Shown in pieces: positions 1 to 9,696 of a DNA stretch of 64,000 bases. Under the pieces are notes generated by a model. The model saw only the letters and a list, made by a program, of their open reading frames with translations, had not been told where the DNA came from and did not search any database. The translations under genes and the position numbers were made by a program. The stretch comes from Deltaproteobacteria bacterium. Its GTDB lineage: Bacteria; Myxococcota_A; UBA9160; SZUA-336. The stretch lies in contig VGRW01000008.1 of assembly GCA_016875225.1 (NCBI GenBank), positions 12,960-76,959 of the forward strand, given 5' to 3'. Position 1 is the first letter of the stretch, and each line of letters begins with the position of its first letter.

Positions 1-91
1 GCGCATCCGCCCAGCAGTCGAGCCCGGCGCAGCAGCAGCTCGGGGCGCCGCTCCCGCGGGGGCGTGATCTCCAGCGCGATGCCGAGTGCAG

Positions 92-1024
92 TCACTGCGC
101 ATCTTCGAGCTCGGAGACGAGCGTCGCTCGGAACGCCTCGAGCACCGCGCTGCGCCAGGCACCCGCCGATTCCTCCAACCAGACCGCATCGTCGAGGTCC
201 GCGCGAGGTCCGCGGATCTGGTGCAGGCGCCCCTCTCGCAGGTGCGGGTCCGCGATCGATCGCGGCAGCACGGCGGCGCCGGCGCCGAGCAGCGCGAGCT
301 CCAGCGCCATGTCGGTGGTCGCAGCAAAGACGCGGACGTCGACGGCGATGCGACGGCGCGGGAACTGATGCGCGAGCCAGCGACGGATCAACGGGCTGGC
401 GGGGTAGTAGTCGATCACGGCCAGCCCCGAGAGGCCGCCCGCGTCGATGCGCCCGCGTGGCGGGCGTTGGCTCGAGACGAGAACGAGCTTCTGCCGGAAC
501 AGCAGACTCGAGCGGATGCGCGGCGACGCAGAGCGGCCGCCCCGCAGGCTGAGCGCGAAATCGAGGCGGCTCTGCGCGAGCAGCTCGCGAAGCTCCGCGT
601 GGGGCGCGAAGAGCAGCTTCACGCGCGCATCGGGATGCCGCGCGACGAACGCGGCGACGATCCGCGCGACCCTGGCTCGCGAGGCGCCCGGGAAGAGCCC
701 GAGCCGGACCACGCCGCGCACCGCGCGCTCCTCGTTCGCGACCTCCGCGAGCGCGAGGCGCAGCGACTCGTGCACGGGCCCGAACAGGCGCGCCAGCGTG
801 CGGCCCTCGGCGGTCGGGGCCAGACGCCGTCCGATCCGGTCGAAGAGGCGCACGCCGAGCGAGGCCTCGAGCGCCGCGACGCTCTGGCTCACCGCGGAGC
901 GGGTGAGCGAGAGCTGCCGCGCCGCGCGGCTCACCCCGCCGTGCTGCGCGACCGCGGCAAAGGTGCGCAGCTTGTTGAGATCGATCTTGTCAAGATTCAC
1001 TGGACGAACTCGTCTGAAACTCAA
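92..1024 (-). CDS. LysR-family transcriptional regulator
   Basis: N-terminal LysR HTH (LNKLRTFAAVAQHGGVSRAARQLSLTRSAVSQSVAALE) followed by a substrate-binding domain of about 300 aa. Divergent from folB-gor. Confidence 0.9.
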   Translation of the reverse strand: MSFRRVRPVNLDKIDLNKLRTFAAVAQHGGVSRAARQLSLTRSAVSQSVAALEASLGVRLFDRIGRRLAPTAEGRTLARLFGPVHESLRLALAEVANEERAVRGVVRLGLFPGASRARVARIVAAFVARHPDARVKLLFAPHAELRELLAQSRLDFALSLRGGRSASPRIRSSLLFRQKLVLVSSQRPPRGRIDAGGLSGLAVIDYYPASPLIRRWLAHQFPRRRIAVDVRVFAATTDMALELALLGAGAAVLPRSIADPHLREGRLHQIRGPRADLDDAVWLEESAGAWRSAVLEAFRATLVSELEDAQ

Positions 1025-1084
1025 GCTCGCCTAATCTACCAGAATCCGGCTAGGATCCCCTCGGGGCGCGATCCCGGAGGTCGC

Positions 1085-1459
1085 TTGGGCGTACTGGAAT
1101 TTCGCGGGGCACGACTCGACGTGCTTCTCGGCTGCACGGCCGGGGAGCGGGCGCGGCCCCAGCCGGTCGACCTCGACGTGGCCGTGCGCTTCGCGGAGCT
1201 GCCGGGGGCCTGCACCAGCGACCGGCTCGCCGAAACCGTCTGCTACGCGGAGCTGATCGACGCCGCGCGTGCGCTCTGCGCGGGTCGCGAGTTCCACCTG
1301 GTGGAGCGCCTGGCGCACGAGCTCTTCGTCCACCTGCGCGCGCTGCTGCCTCCTGGCGCGGAGCTCTGGCTGCGCGCGACGAAGCTACACCCGCCGGTCG
1401 ACGGACTCGCGGGCGGCGTCGCCTTCTCGCTCGGCGATTTCGCTGGACCCAACCGTTAG
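1085..1459 (+). CDS. folB: dihydroneopterin aldolase (FolB-like)
   Basis: C-terminal two-thirds of ORF 86..1459 matches FolB (…ETVCYAELIDAA…EFHLVERLAHELF…). The N-terminal part of that ORF is antisense shadow of the LysR gene. TTG at 1085 lies 5 nt after GGAGG, and the length (about 125 aa) fits FolB. The exact start is uncertain. Confidence 0.55.
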   Translation: MGVLEFRGARLDVLLGCTAGERARPQPVDLDVAVRFAELPGACTSDRLAETVCYAELIDAARALCAGREFHLVERLAHELFVHLRALLPPGAELWLRATKLHPPVDGLAGGVAFSLGDFAGPNR

Positions 1460-1469
1460 AATTCCGCCC

Positions 1470-2828
1470 ATGGCGCGATACGACTTCGACCTGTTCACGA
1501 TCGGTGCGGGCTCCGGAGGCGTGCGCGCGAGCCGGATGTCCGCGGCGCATGGCGCGCGCGTCGCGATCGCCGAGGAGCGAGAGCTCGGCGGCACCTGCGT
1601 GAACGTGGGCTGCATCCCGAAGAAGCTTCTCGTCTACGCATCGGAGTACGCGGAGCACTTCGCCGACTCCGCGGGCTTCGGCTGGAGCGTCGGCGAGCGA
1701 AGCTTCGACTGGGCCCGGCTGATCGAGAACAAGGATCGGGAGATCAAGCGACTGAACTCCGTCTACGAGCGCCTGCTCGACGACGCGGGCGTGACGCGCT
1801 TCGCGGGACGTGCGCGGATCGTCGACCCCCACAGCGTCGAGATCGGCGGACGCACGATCACGGCGCAGCACCTGCTCGTGGCGACCGGCGGCTGGCCGAC
1901 GCTCCCCGCGATCCCCGGGATCGAGCACGCGATCAGCTCGAACGAGGCCTTCCACCTGAAGGAGCTGCCGCGAAGCGTCGTCGTGGTCGGCGGCGGCTAC
2001 ATCGCGGTCGAGTTCGCCGGGATCTGGAACGGCCTCGGCTCGCGCACCACCGAGCTCTACCGCGGCGAGCTCTTTCTGCGCGGCTTCGACGACGATCTGC
2101 GCCGCGCGCTCGCGCGCGAGATGAGGGGGAAGGGCGTCGATCTCCGCTTCGGCGCGAACGTCGCGCGGATCGAGAAGCGCGCGGGCCGCCTCTGCGCGCA
2201 GCTCGAGGACGGCTCGGAGATCGAGGCCGAGCAGATCCTCTACGCGACGGGTCGCGCCCCGAACGTGGCCGGGCTCGGGCTCGAGCAGGCGGGCCCCGCG
2301 CTCGACGCTGCGGGAGCCGTGATCGTCGACGCGTTCATGCGCAGCTCCGTGCCGAGCATCTGGGCGATCGGCGACGTGACGAACCGGCTGAACCTGACGC
2401 CGGTCGCGATCCACGAAGGCATGGCGGTCGCGGCCACGCTCTTCGCGGGACGGCCCACCGCGCCGAATCACAGCGACGTGCCGACGGCGGTCTTCAGCCA
2501 GCCCCAGATCGGAACCGTCGGGCTCACGGAATCCGCCGCCCGCGAGCGCTTCGGCAGAATCGACGTCTACCGCACCAGCTTCCGCTCGCTGCGAAACACG
2601 CTCACAGGCAGCGAGGAGAAGACGCTGATGAAGCTCGTGGTCGAGAGCGCGAGTCAGCGGGTTCTCGGCGCGCACATGGTCGGCCCCGAGGCGGGCGAGA
2701 TCATCCAGGGGATCGCGATAGCCGTGAAGGCCGGGGCGACCAAGGCCGTCTTCGACGCGACGATCGGCATCCATCCCACCGCGGCCGAGGAGTTCGTGAC
2801 GATGCGAACTCCAGTCTCCAGCGGCTGA
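1470..2828 (+). CDS. gor: glutathione-disulfide reductase
   Basis: MARYDFDLFTIGAGSGG…ELGGTCVNVGCIPKK matches the redox-active disulfide and FAD motif of Gor. Length 453 aa. Start taken at the internal ATG of ORF 1269..2828. Confidence 0.85.
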   Translation: MARYDFDLFTIGAGSGGVRASRMSAAHGARVAIAEERELGGTCVNVGCIPKKLLVYASEYAEHFADSAGFGWSVGERSFDWARLIENKDREIKRLNSVYERLLDDAGVTRFAGRARIVDPHSVEIGGRTITAQHLLVATGGWPTLPAIPGIEHAISSNEAFHLKELPRSVVVVGGGYIAVEFAGIWNGLGSRTTELYRGELFLRGFDDDLRRALAREMRGKGVDLRFGANVARIEKRAGRLCAQLEDGSEIEAEQILYATGRAPNVAGLGLEQAGPALDAAGAVIVDAFMRSSVPSIWAIGDVTNRLNLTPVAIHEGMAVAATLFAGRPTAPNHSDVPTAVFSQPQIGTVGLTESAARERFGRIDVYRTSFRSLRNTLTGSEEKTLMKLVVESASQRVLGAHMVGPEAGEIIQGIAIAVKAGATKAVFDATIGIHPTAAEEFVTMRTPVSSG

Positions 2829-2916
2829 AGCGCAGCCGGCAACCCTGCACGGTACGGTGGAGCTCGCGCGGCTTGGTTCGTTGACACGTCCCGGAGCCTC
2901 GGATAGCTTGCGCCCG

Positions 2917-3240
2917 ATGACCCGCGAACGGCGCACCGACGAGCCACGGCGCTGGGCGCCGCCGCTGCGCGGTCTCGCACTCGTCGCAGCTCTCGCGATC
3001 GTCTCGAGCGCGCTGCTCCCGCTGGTGCACGGCGCTGCGAGCCATTCCGGCGACTGCGGCGTCTGCAGCCTGTTCGCCCACGACGCCGGCGCCGCCGCGG
3101 GTCTGGTCGCGACGCCGGACGTCGAGCCCGTCGTCCTCGGTCGAGAGAGCGTCGTGAGCGAGCCCGAAGCCGTGCCGAAGCGCGCCGATTTCGACCGCCG
3201 TTCCGCGCGCGCCCCGCCCGCGCCCTCCATCGCAATCTGA
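2917..3240 (+). CDS. small hypothetical membrane/secreted protein with a CxxC motif
   Basis: ORF 2857..3240 has a hydrophobic segment (LALVAALAIVSSALLPLV) then HSGDCGVC. It lies upstream of the OMP-znuABC locus and may be a metal-binding small protein. Start ambiguous (2857 or 2917). Confidence 0.35.
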   Translation: MTRERRTDEPRRWAPPLRGLALVAALAIVSSALLPLVHGAASHSGDCGVCSLFAHDAGAAAGLVATPDVEPVVLGRESVVSEPEAVPKRADFDRRSARAPPAPSIAI

Positions 3241-3266
3241 GTCGAGTTCCGACGATCGTTTCGGTG

Positions 3267-3287
3267 CCGTCCGCTTCGAGCGGACGG
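3267..3287. promoter_or_regulatory. 21-bp palindrome CCGTCCGC-ttcga-GCGGACGG upstream of the OMP-znuABC locus
   Basis: Perfect 8-bp inverted arms with a 5-nt spacer, 24 nt upstream of the proposed OMP start. It could be an operator or an RNA hairpin. Confidence 0.35.
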
Positions 3288-3310
3288 TGCTCGGGGCCTT
3301 GCACGGCCCG

Positions 3311-4579
3311 ATGGAGGAATCGATGGCACCATTGCGCTCTCACGCGGCTTGCGCCGCGCTCGCACTCGCGGCTTGTCTTGCACCCGATCGCGCCGCGAGC
3401 GCGGAGAACGAAGTAGAGACCCTGCGCAGCGAGCTCGCCGCCACCCGGGGCGAGCTCGACGAGACCCGAGCGACGCTCGCGCGGACGATCACGCTCGTGG
3501 AGGACCTGTCGCGAAAGGTCGACGACGTCAGCTCTCGCGAGCCGGCTCGAGTGGAGGCGCGAGCGCCGGCCGCCGACGAGACCGCGCGCCTGCCGCCGGT
3601 CGACGCGAGCAATCCGGCGATCAGCTTCGTGGTCGACGCGAAGGCGCGCTCGGACACGCACGGCGACGACGGCGTCGGCTTCCTGCTCGGCTCCGCGGAG
3701 CTCTTCATCTCGGCACCGATCGACCCGTACCTGCGCGGCTACGTGAGCATCAACGCGACGAGCGACGAGTCCTTCGACGTCGAGGAGGCCGCGCTCGTGA
3801 CGACCGCGCTGCCGCTGAACCTGACCGTCAAGGCGGGTCGGCTCTTCGCGGACGTCGGCCGCTTTCCGCACTGGCACGACGAGGCGCTGCCGTTCGTGGA
3901 ACGACCCGCGTCGATCGACCGCATCTTCGGCGGCGAGACGCGCGCGGAGGGCGTCGAGGCCTCTTGGCTCGCGCCGATCGACCAGTTCGTGCAGCTGACC
4001 GCGGGCGTCTACAACTCGATCGGCGAGCTGCCGGACGGATTCGAGAGCTTCGTCGGCCAGCCGTCCTACAGCGAGCTCACCTATCTGCTTCGGCCGCATA
4101 CCTACTTCGATCTCTCCGACGTCCTGAATCTGGAGCTCGGCGGAACCTACGTTGCTGCGCCGAGCGGCACGCGCCGGCGCCTCTACGGGGTCGACCTCGC
4201 GCTGCGACACCAGCCGGGAACGAACTCGTTCTACCAGGGCGCCGTGCTCGGCTCGGAGTGGTACTGGAACGATCAGGACTTCCTCGACGGCGCCGGAGGC
4301 TCGGAGCGATTCCATCGCGACGGCGGCTACGCGTATCTCGAGGGCTTCTTCGGGCGCAGCTTCTCGGGCGGAATCCTCTTCGACCATGCCGAGGAGATCG
4401 CCGACGAGGCCGCGCGCCAGAACACCTACGCCGGCTTCGTCACCTGGAAGCCGTCGGAGTTCCAACGCCTGCGCTTCCAGCTCGGCGAGATCGACCAGTC
4501 CGGGCCGAACGACCTGCGCGTCTGGCTGCAGTGGACCGCCTTCATCGGGAGTCACAGTCATGGCTTCGCCAATCGCTAG
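3311..4579 (+). CDS. putative outer-membrane beta-barrel protein (porin-like), first gene of the zinc-uptake locus
   Basis: Signal peptide (MAPLRSHAACAALALAACLA), a coiled-coil segment, then a long region of alternating beta-strand character with Y/F/W-rich turns. Directly upstream of znuA, which it overlaps. Confidence 0.55.
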   Translation: MEESMAPLRSHAACAALALAACLAPDRAASAENEVETLRSELAATRGELDETRATLARTITLVEDLSRKVDDVSSREPARVEARAPAADETARLPPVDASNPAISFVVDAKARSDTHGDDGVGFLLGSAELFISAPIDPYLRGYVSINATSDESFDVEEAALVTTALPLNLTVKAGRLFADVGRFPHWHDEALPFVERPASIDRIFGGETRAEGVEASWLAPIDQFVQLTAGVYNSIGELPDGFESFVGQPSYSELTYLLRPHTYFDLSDVLNLELGGTYVAAPSGTRRRLYGVDLALRHQPGTNSFYQGAVLGSEWYWNDQDFLDGAGGSERFHRDGGYAYLEGFFGRSFSGGILFDHAEEIADEAARQNTYAGFVTWKPSEFQRLRFQLGEIDQSGPNDLRVWLQWTAFIGSHSHGFANR

Positions 4580-5456
4580 CTCGCTTCTCGCGCTCGCGAC
4601 CGCGCTTCGCGTCGTCGCCACCACTCCGGACGTCGCCGACATGACGCGTCAGATCGGGGGCGATCGGGTCGAGGTGACCACGCTCGCGTCCGGCACGCAG
4701 GATCCCCACAAGGTCCCCGTGAAGCCGAGCTTCGTCACGAAGCTGAACCGCGCCGACGTGCTCGTCGTGCAGGGCCTGGGACTCGAGCACGCGTTTCTTC
4801 CCGCGCTGCTCGAGGCCGCTCGGAACCCGCGCATCGCGCCGGGCGCCAAGGCCTACATCGACAGCTCGCTCTTCGTCGAGACGCTCGACGTTCCGAGCAG
4901 CCAGGATCGCAGCCAGGGTGAGCTCCACCCGCTCGGCAATCCGCACTTCAACATGGACCCGGTGCAGGGCAAGCTCATGGCGCGAGCGATCGCCGAGGGG
5001 CTGGAGCGCGTCGACCCCGAAGGGGCGAGCGTCTACCGCGAGGGGCTCGCGCGGTTCACGGCGATCCTCGACGAGAAGATCCCCGTCTGGCTCGAGCTCG
5101 CCAAGCCGCTGCGCGGACGCAAGGCGGTCTCCTACCACCAGGATCTGGTCTACTTCGCCCATCGCTTCGGGCTCGTGCTCGAGGGGACGATCGAGACCCG
5201 GCCGGGCGTGCCCGCGACACCGAGACACGTAGAGGAGCTGATCGCGCGGATGAAGGTCGAGGACGTCCGGCTCGTGATCCGGGAGGTCGCCTACGAGATG
5301 CCGCTCGCGGAGACGATCGCCGGCCGGACCGGCGGGCGCGTGGCGACGGTCGCCACGCTGACGGGCGGGCTGCCCGGAGCGGAGAGCTACGTCGAGTTCA
5401 TCGAGGCGAATCTGCGCGCGGTGCTCGCGGCGGCTGGCGACGGAGATCCGCGATAA
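4560..5456 (+). CDS. znuA: metal ABC transporter substrate-binding protein (ZnuA/TroA family)
   Basis: Signal peptide [20 protein letters not shown]. Cluster-9 SBP features (…[12 protein letters not shown]…[12 protein letters not shown]…). Followed by the ATPase and permease genes. Confidence 0.8.
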   Translation: MASPIASSLLALATALRVVATTPDVADMTRQIGGDRVEVTTLASGTQDPHKVPVKPSFVTKLNRADVLVVQGLGLEHAFLPALLEAARNPRIAPGAKAYIDSSLFVETLDVPSSQDRSQGELHPLGNPHFNMDPVQGKLMARAIAEGLERVDPEGASVYREGLARFTAILDEKIPVWLELAKPLRGRKAVSYHQDLVYFAHRFGLVLEGTIETRPGVPATPRHVEELIARMKVEDVRLVIREVAYEMPLAETIAGRTGGRVATVATLTGGLPGAESYVEFIEANLRAVLAAAGDGDPR

Positions 5457-5473
5457 CCGCGCAAGCGGCGCGA

Positions 5474-6127
5474 ATGGACGAGCCGGCGCTCGTCGTCGAG
5501 CGCGCGGACCTCGGCTACGCCGGACAGCCGGTGCTGCGGCAGGTCTCGCTCGAGATCCGCCCGGCGGAGTTCGTCGCCGTGCTCGGCCCGAACGGCTCGG
5601 GGAAGACCACCCTGCTGCGCAGCCTGCTCGGCTTCCTCCCGCCGCTCTCGGGAAGCGTCGTTCGCGCTCGCGGCGCGCGCATCGGCTACGTGCCGCAGCG
5701 CGAGACGCTCGACTCGCACTATCCGCTCTCGGGAGCCGACGTCGCGCTCTTCGGCACGTATGGCGACGTGCCGTTCTGGCGCCGCCTGGGCCGAGACGCG
5801 AAGCGGCGCGCTCGCGCAGCGCTCGGGGCCTGCGACGCGCTCGAGTTCGCGAGCCGCCGCTACGCCGAGCTCTCGGGTGGACAGCGGCAGAGGATCCTGA
5901 TCGCGCGCGCGCTCGCGACGGCGCCGAACCTGCTTCTTCTGGACGAGCCGACCGCGGGCGTCGACCGCGGCTCCGAGATCGCGATTCTCGATTCGCTCTC
6001 GGCTCTGCGACGGGAGCGCTCGCTCTCGATCTGGCTCGTCACGCACCACGAAGAGGCGCTGCGCGGGCGGGTCGACCGGATCGCGCGCGTCGCGGAAGGC
6101 GCGGTGGCGCTCGAGGTGCCGGCGTGA
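5474..6127 (+). CDS. znuC: metal ABC transporter ATP-binding protein
   Basis: Walker [10 protein letters not shown], signature LSGGQRQR, Walker B LLLDEP. Confidence 0.85.
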   Translation: MDEPALVVERADLGYAGQPVLRQVSLEIRPAEFVAVLGPNGSGKTTLLRSLLGFLPPLSGSVVRARGARIGYVPQRETLDSHYPLSGADVALFGTYGDVPFWRRLGRDAKRRARAALGACDALEFASRRYAELSGGQRQRILIARALATAPNLLLLDEPTAGVDRGSEIAILDSLSALRRERSLSIWLVTHHEEALRGRVDRIARVAEGAVALEVPA

Positions 6128-6969
6128 TCGAGCTGCTCTCGGGGGATCTCCTGTTCCGGAACGTGATCGTGGGTGGCACGATCGTGTGCGTGCTCTGCTC
6201 GGTGCTCGGGGTCTACGTGGTGCTCCGGCGCCTGGTCCTGCTCGGCGTGGCGCTGCCGCAGGCCGGCGCCGCCGGAATTGCCGCGGTCTTCTTCGCGACC
6301 GGCCATTCGCACGGCGATCCGGGTCAGGCGCACGCGCTCGCGCTGGGCGGGTCGCTCCTGGCCACGTTCACGGCGCTGGGCGCGCTCGTGCTCGCGGGTC
6401 GGAATGCGACCCGGCCGGTCGAATGGCGGATCGGCGGCGTTCTGGCGATCGCGACGGCCGCGACACTTCTCTTTGTCGCGATGTCCCCGACCGGAGATCT
6501 CGAGATGACGAGCCTGCTTCGCGGAGAGCTGCTCTCGATCTCCGACCGCGACCTGATCGTGCTCGTGGCCGTCGCAGCGGTGATCGCCTTCGTCTTCGTG
6601 CTGTTCCGCCGCGAGCTCCTGCTCGTCTCGTTCGACCCCGAGTTCGCGCGAACGATCGGCCGCGACCCGGTCCGCTACGACCTCGTGCTCCATCTGCTGC
6701 TCGGGGCGACCATCTCGATCGGCGTGATGACGGCGGGGCCGATGGGGGTGTTCGCCTTCCTCGTGCTTCCGGCGCTGGCGGCGCTTCGCCTGGGGCGCTC
6801 GATGCGGACGACGTTCGCCGTCGCGGCGGCGATCGCCCTGGTCTCGTCGCTCGGGGGCTTCGAGCTCTCGTACGCAGCGGACCTCCCGACCGGCCCGGTG
6901 TACGTCCTGATCGCCGCGTCGATCTGGCTGCTCTCGAACGCCGCCATGTGGGTGCGCGGATCGCCGTGA
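6124..6969 (+). CDS. znuB: metal ABC transporter permease
   Basis: About 8 predicted TM helices, ZnuB/TroCD-like. 4-nt overlap with znuC. Confidence 0.85.
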   Translation: MIELLSGDLLFRNVIVGGTIVCVLCSVLGVYVVLRRLVLLGVALPQAGAAGIAAVFFATGHSHGDPGQAHALALGGSLLATFTALGALVLAGRNATRPVEWRIGGVLAIATAATLLFVAMSPTGDLEMTSLLRGELLSISDRDLIVLVAVAAVIAFVFVLFRRELLLVSFDPEFARTIGRDPVRYDLVLHLLLGATISIGVMTAGPMGVFAFLVLPALAALRLGRSMRTTFAVAAAIALVSSLGGFELSYAADLPTGPVYVLIAASIWLLSNAAMWVRGSP

Positions 6970-7601
6970 CCGATTCGGGCGAGCTCGATCCGCAGCGCCC
7001 CAACACGGAGCTCCTGCTTCGCGCCTACGCGAGCGGGATCTTTCCGATGGTCGATCCGCGCAAGCGCAGGATCGAGTACTTCAGCCCGGATCCGCGCGCC
7101 GTGATCCCGCTGGAGCGCTTCCACGTGCCGAGAAGCCTCGCGCGCGTGCGCGCGAAGCGGCCCTTCGAGATCCGCAGCGACACCGTCTTCGAGGGCGTGA
7201 TGCGCGCCTGCGCCGAGCCCCGCGCAGGGCGGACCGAGACCTGGCTCGACGAGCGGCTGATCGCCGCGTACGTCGAGCTGCACGCGCACGGATTCGCGCA
7301 CAGCGTCGAGGCGTTTCGCGAGGGACGGCTCGTCGGCGGGCTGTACGGCGTCCACATCGGCGCGGCGTTCTTCGGCGAGAGCATGTTCAGCCGGCTGGAG
7401 ATCGGCGGAACCGACGCCTCGAAGCTCTGCCTGGTGGAGCTGGTCGAGCGACTTCGCGCAGGCGGATTCGAGCTACTCGACACGCAGTTCTCGACGCCGC
7501 ACCTCGCGCGCTTCGGCTGCGTCGAGATTCCGCGCGAGCGCTACCTCGCGCTGCTCGAGATCGCGATCCGGCGCCGGGGAGAATGGTCGAGCGGCGGTTA
7601 G
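6966..7601 (+). CDS. aat: leucyl/phenylalanyl-tRNA--protein transferase
   Basis: LLLRAYASGIFPM…YFSPDPRAVIPLERFHVPRSL…WLDERLIAAYVELHAHGFAHSVE… is the typical Aat family. GTG start overlaps the znuB stop. The upstream part of ORF 6186..7601 is a shadow frame. Confidence 0.8.
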   Translation: MTDSGELDPQRPNTELLLRAYASGIFPMVDPRKRRIEYFSPDPRAVIPLERFHVPRSLARVRAKRPFEIRSDTVFEGVMRACAEPRAGRTETWLDERLIAAYVELHAHGFAHSVEAFREGRLVGGLYGVHIGAAFFGESMFSRLEIGGTDASKLCLVELVERLRAGGFELLDTQFSTPHLARFGCVEIPRERYLALLEIAIRRRGEWSSGG

Positions 7602-7611
7602 CTCGCCGCGC

Positions 7612-8823
7612 TCAGGCTCGCTCGGGATCGAAGGCGATCCGCATCTCCTTCGCGCCGTTCACGAAGTTCGAACGCAGTCGGCGCGGCGGCGAAACCAGGC
7701 GGGGGTTCCGGAGCCGCTTCAGGATCTCCTGGAAGACCACCACCAGCTCGAGCCGCGCCAGGTTCGCGCCCAGACAGAAGTGCTCGCCGATCCCGAACGC
7801 GAGGTGCGGGTTGTCGACGCGCCCGATGTCGAAGCGGTCCGGCTCGACGAAGACCTCTTCGTCGCGATTCGCCGCCGGGTACCACATCACGACCTTCTGT
7901 CCCTTCGCGATCCTGCGTCCGCGAAGCTCCGTGTCGCGGGTCGCCGTGCGCCGGAAGTAGTGCACCGCCGGATCGAAGCGCACGAACTCCTCGACCGCCT
8001 GCGGCACCAGCGCGGGGTTCGCGACCAGCCGCGCCAGCTGGTCGGGGTGGTCGAGAAGCGCCTTCATTCCATTGGTCGTCACGGTGCGCGTCGTCTCGCT
8101 TCCGGCGACCAGCAGCAACAGGAAGAAGGAGCAGTACTCGAGCTCGGAGAGCTTCTCGCCGTCGATCTCGTGGAAGAGCAGGGCCGTGGTCAGGTTGTCG
8201 GCCGGATCCTTGCGGTACCTCTCGGCGAGCTTCATCGCGAAGCCGAACATCTGAGCCGAAGCGTCGCGCGCGTCCGCCTCGCTGTTCTGGAACTCCGGAT
8301 CGTCGAAGCCGATCAGCTTGTTCGAGAGCTCGAAGATCAGCTTGCGGTCTTCCTGCGGCACGCCCATCAGCTCGCAGATGACCTGCAGCGGGAGCTCCGC
8401 GGCGAGCTCGCCGACGAACTCGCACTCTCCTTTGTGCGCGACGCCGTCGACGATGCGCCTGGCGAGTCCGCGCAGGTAGTCTTCCTGCTTCGCGACCATC
8501 TGCGGCGTGAACCCGCGCTGCACGATGCGCCGGAACTTCACGTGCTGCGGCGGATCCATGTTCAGCATGAGCAGGCGAATGCCCGCGAGCGACGTCTCGT
8601 CGCGGTCCTCGATGTTCGTGCCGCCGAGCCAGCTCGAGTAGAGCAGCGGATCGCGCGAGATGGTCTTCACGTCCTCGTACTTGGTCACGCACCAGAATCC
8701 GGGGCCGTTCCTCTCGGGATGCCAGTGCACGGGGTCGCGGGTGCGCAGCTCTTTGAGCCAGTGATGCGGCGTTCCAGCGACGAAGTGGTCCGGGTTGGCG
8801 AGGTCGATGTCCTCGAGATTCAT
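7612..8823 (-). CDS. cytochrome P450 monooxygenase
   Basis: EXXR (ETTR) and haem-binding loop FGIGEHFCLGANLAR. 404 aa from MNLEDIDLANPDHF. The N-terminal extension of ORF 7612..9411 is rejected. Confidence 0.9.
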   Translation of the reverse strand: MNLEDIDLANPDHFVAGTPHHWLKELRTRDPVHWHPERNGPGFWCVTKYEDVKTISRDPLLYSSWLGGTNIEDRDETSLAGIRLLMLNMDPPQHVKFRRIVQRGFTPQMVAKQEDYLRGLARRIVDGVAHKGECEFVGELAAELPLQVICELMGVPQEDRKLIFELSNKLIGFDDPEFQNSEADARDASAQMFGFAMKLAERYRKDPADNLTTALLFHEIDGEKLSELEYCSFFLLLLVAGSETTRTVTTNGMKALLDHPDQLARLVANPALVPQAVEEFVRFDPAVHYFRRTATRDTELRGRRIAKGQKVVMWYPAANRDEEVFVEPDRFDIGRVDNPHLAFGIGEHFCLGANLARLELVVVFQEILKRLRNPRLVSPPRRLRSNFVNGAKEMRIAFDPERA

Positions 8824-8831
8824 CTGCGGAT

Positions 8832-8845
8832 CAGAACACGTTCTA
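8832..8845. promoter_or_regulatory. KstR-type operator-like palindrome (CAGAACACGTTCTA) in the divergent cyp450/echA promoter
   Basis: Matches TnnAACnnGTTnnA at 13 of 14 defining positions. 9 nt upstream of the P450 start. Confidence 0.55.
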
Positions 8846-8876
8846 CCCGGGCTCGCAAGACGGTTGAGGGGCAGAT

Positions 8877-8890
8877 TGGAACGTGTTTCA
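8877..8890. promoter_or_regulatory. KstR-type operator-like palindrome (TGGAACGTGTTTCA)
   Basis: Second box in the same 75-bp intergenic region, 9 nt upstream of the enoyl-CoA hydratase ATG. Confidence 0.55.
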
Positions 8891-8898
8891 ATCGAGCC

Positions 8899-9696
8899 AT
8901 GAGCCCAGCCCACGCCCTGGTCGAGAAGGAAGGTCACGTTCTGGTCGTGACCATGAACCGCCCCGAGGCGAAGAACGCGCTGTCGCCGGACATGCTCTGG
9001 CGCATGTACGAGGCCTGGCGCCGGCTCGACGCCGACGCGGATCTGCGCTGCGCGATCCTGACCGGCGCGGGCGGAACGTTCTGCGCGGGCGCGGACCTGA
9101 AGACGATGGGCCGCGAGAAGCCCGACGAGGAGATGCAGAAGCGCATGAAGGAAGTGCCGGACCTGCACTGGCAGGCGCTGCTGCGGCACAACCGGCCGAT
9201 GAAGCCGATCATCGCGGCCGTCGAGGGCTACGCGCTCGCGGGTGGCACGGAGATCCTGCAGGGAACCGACATCCGCGTGGCCGGCGAGTCGGCGGTGTTC
9301 GGGGTGACCGAAGCGCGGCGCGGCCTGTTCCCGCTCGGCGGCTCGACGATCCGCCTGCGCCGGCAGATCCCGTACACGCTCGCGGCGGAGATCCTGCTCA
9401 CAGGGCGCCACGTGAGCGCGAGCGAGGCGAAGGAGTTCGGGCTGATTGGACGCGTGGTGCCGACCGGGTCGGCGCTCGACGAGGCGCGCAGGATCGCCGA
9501 GACGATCTGCGAGAACGGCCCGCTCTCGGTGCAGGCGATCGTGAAGGCGCTGCGCCTGTACGATCAGAGCATGAGCGAGTCGGAGGCGCTGGCGTTGGAG
9601 CTCGAGCTCGGCTGGCCGATCTTCGCCAGCGAGGACGCGAAGGAGGGCCCGCGCGCCTTCGCCGAGAAGCGCAAGCCGGTCTTCAAGGGGCGCTAG
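8899..9696 (+). CDS. enoyl-CoA hydratase/isomerase (crotonase family)
   Basis: …LVVTMNRPEAKNAL…FCAGADLK…AAVEGYALAGGTEIL… 265 aa. In frame with ORF 7780..9696, whose upstream part is shadow. Confidence 0.85.
   Translation: MSPAHALVEKEGHVLVVTMNRPEAKNALSPDMLWRMYEAWRRLDADADLRCAILTGAGGTFCAGADLKTMGREKPDEEMQKRMKEVPDLHWQALLRHNRPMKPIIAAVEGYALAGGTEILQGTDIRVAGESAVFGVTEARRGLFPLGGSTIRLRRQIPYTLAAEILLTGRHVSASEAKEFGLIGRVVPTGSALDEARRIAETICENGPLSVQAIVKALRLYDQSMSESEALALELELGWPIFASEDAKEGPRAFAEKRKPVFKGR

Noticed and set aside
86-1084. 5' portion of ORF 86..1459
   Set aside because: Antisense to the LysR gene and lacks protein-like composition. Only the last 125 codons (FolB-like) are retained.
1050-3383. 777-aa ORF on the minus strand
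   Set aside because: Extremely Arg/Ala/Pro-rich, low-complexity translation. Antisense to the well-supported folB and gor genes. A typical GC-rich shadow frame.
2654-4642. 662-aa minus-strand ORF and 431-aa plus-strand ORF 3349..4644
   Set aside because: Alternative-frame or antisense shadows of the OMP gene, with low-complexity R/A/G-rich translations.
6186-6965. N-terminal 260 codons of ORF 6186..7601
   Set aside because: Out-of-frame overlap with znuB. R/G-rich. The Aat similarity begins only at the GTG at 6966.
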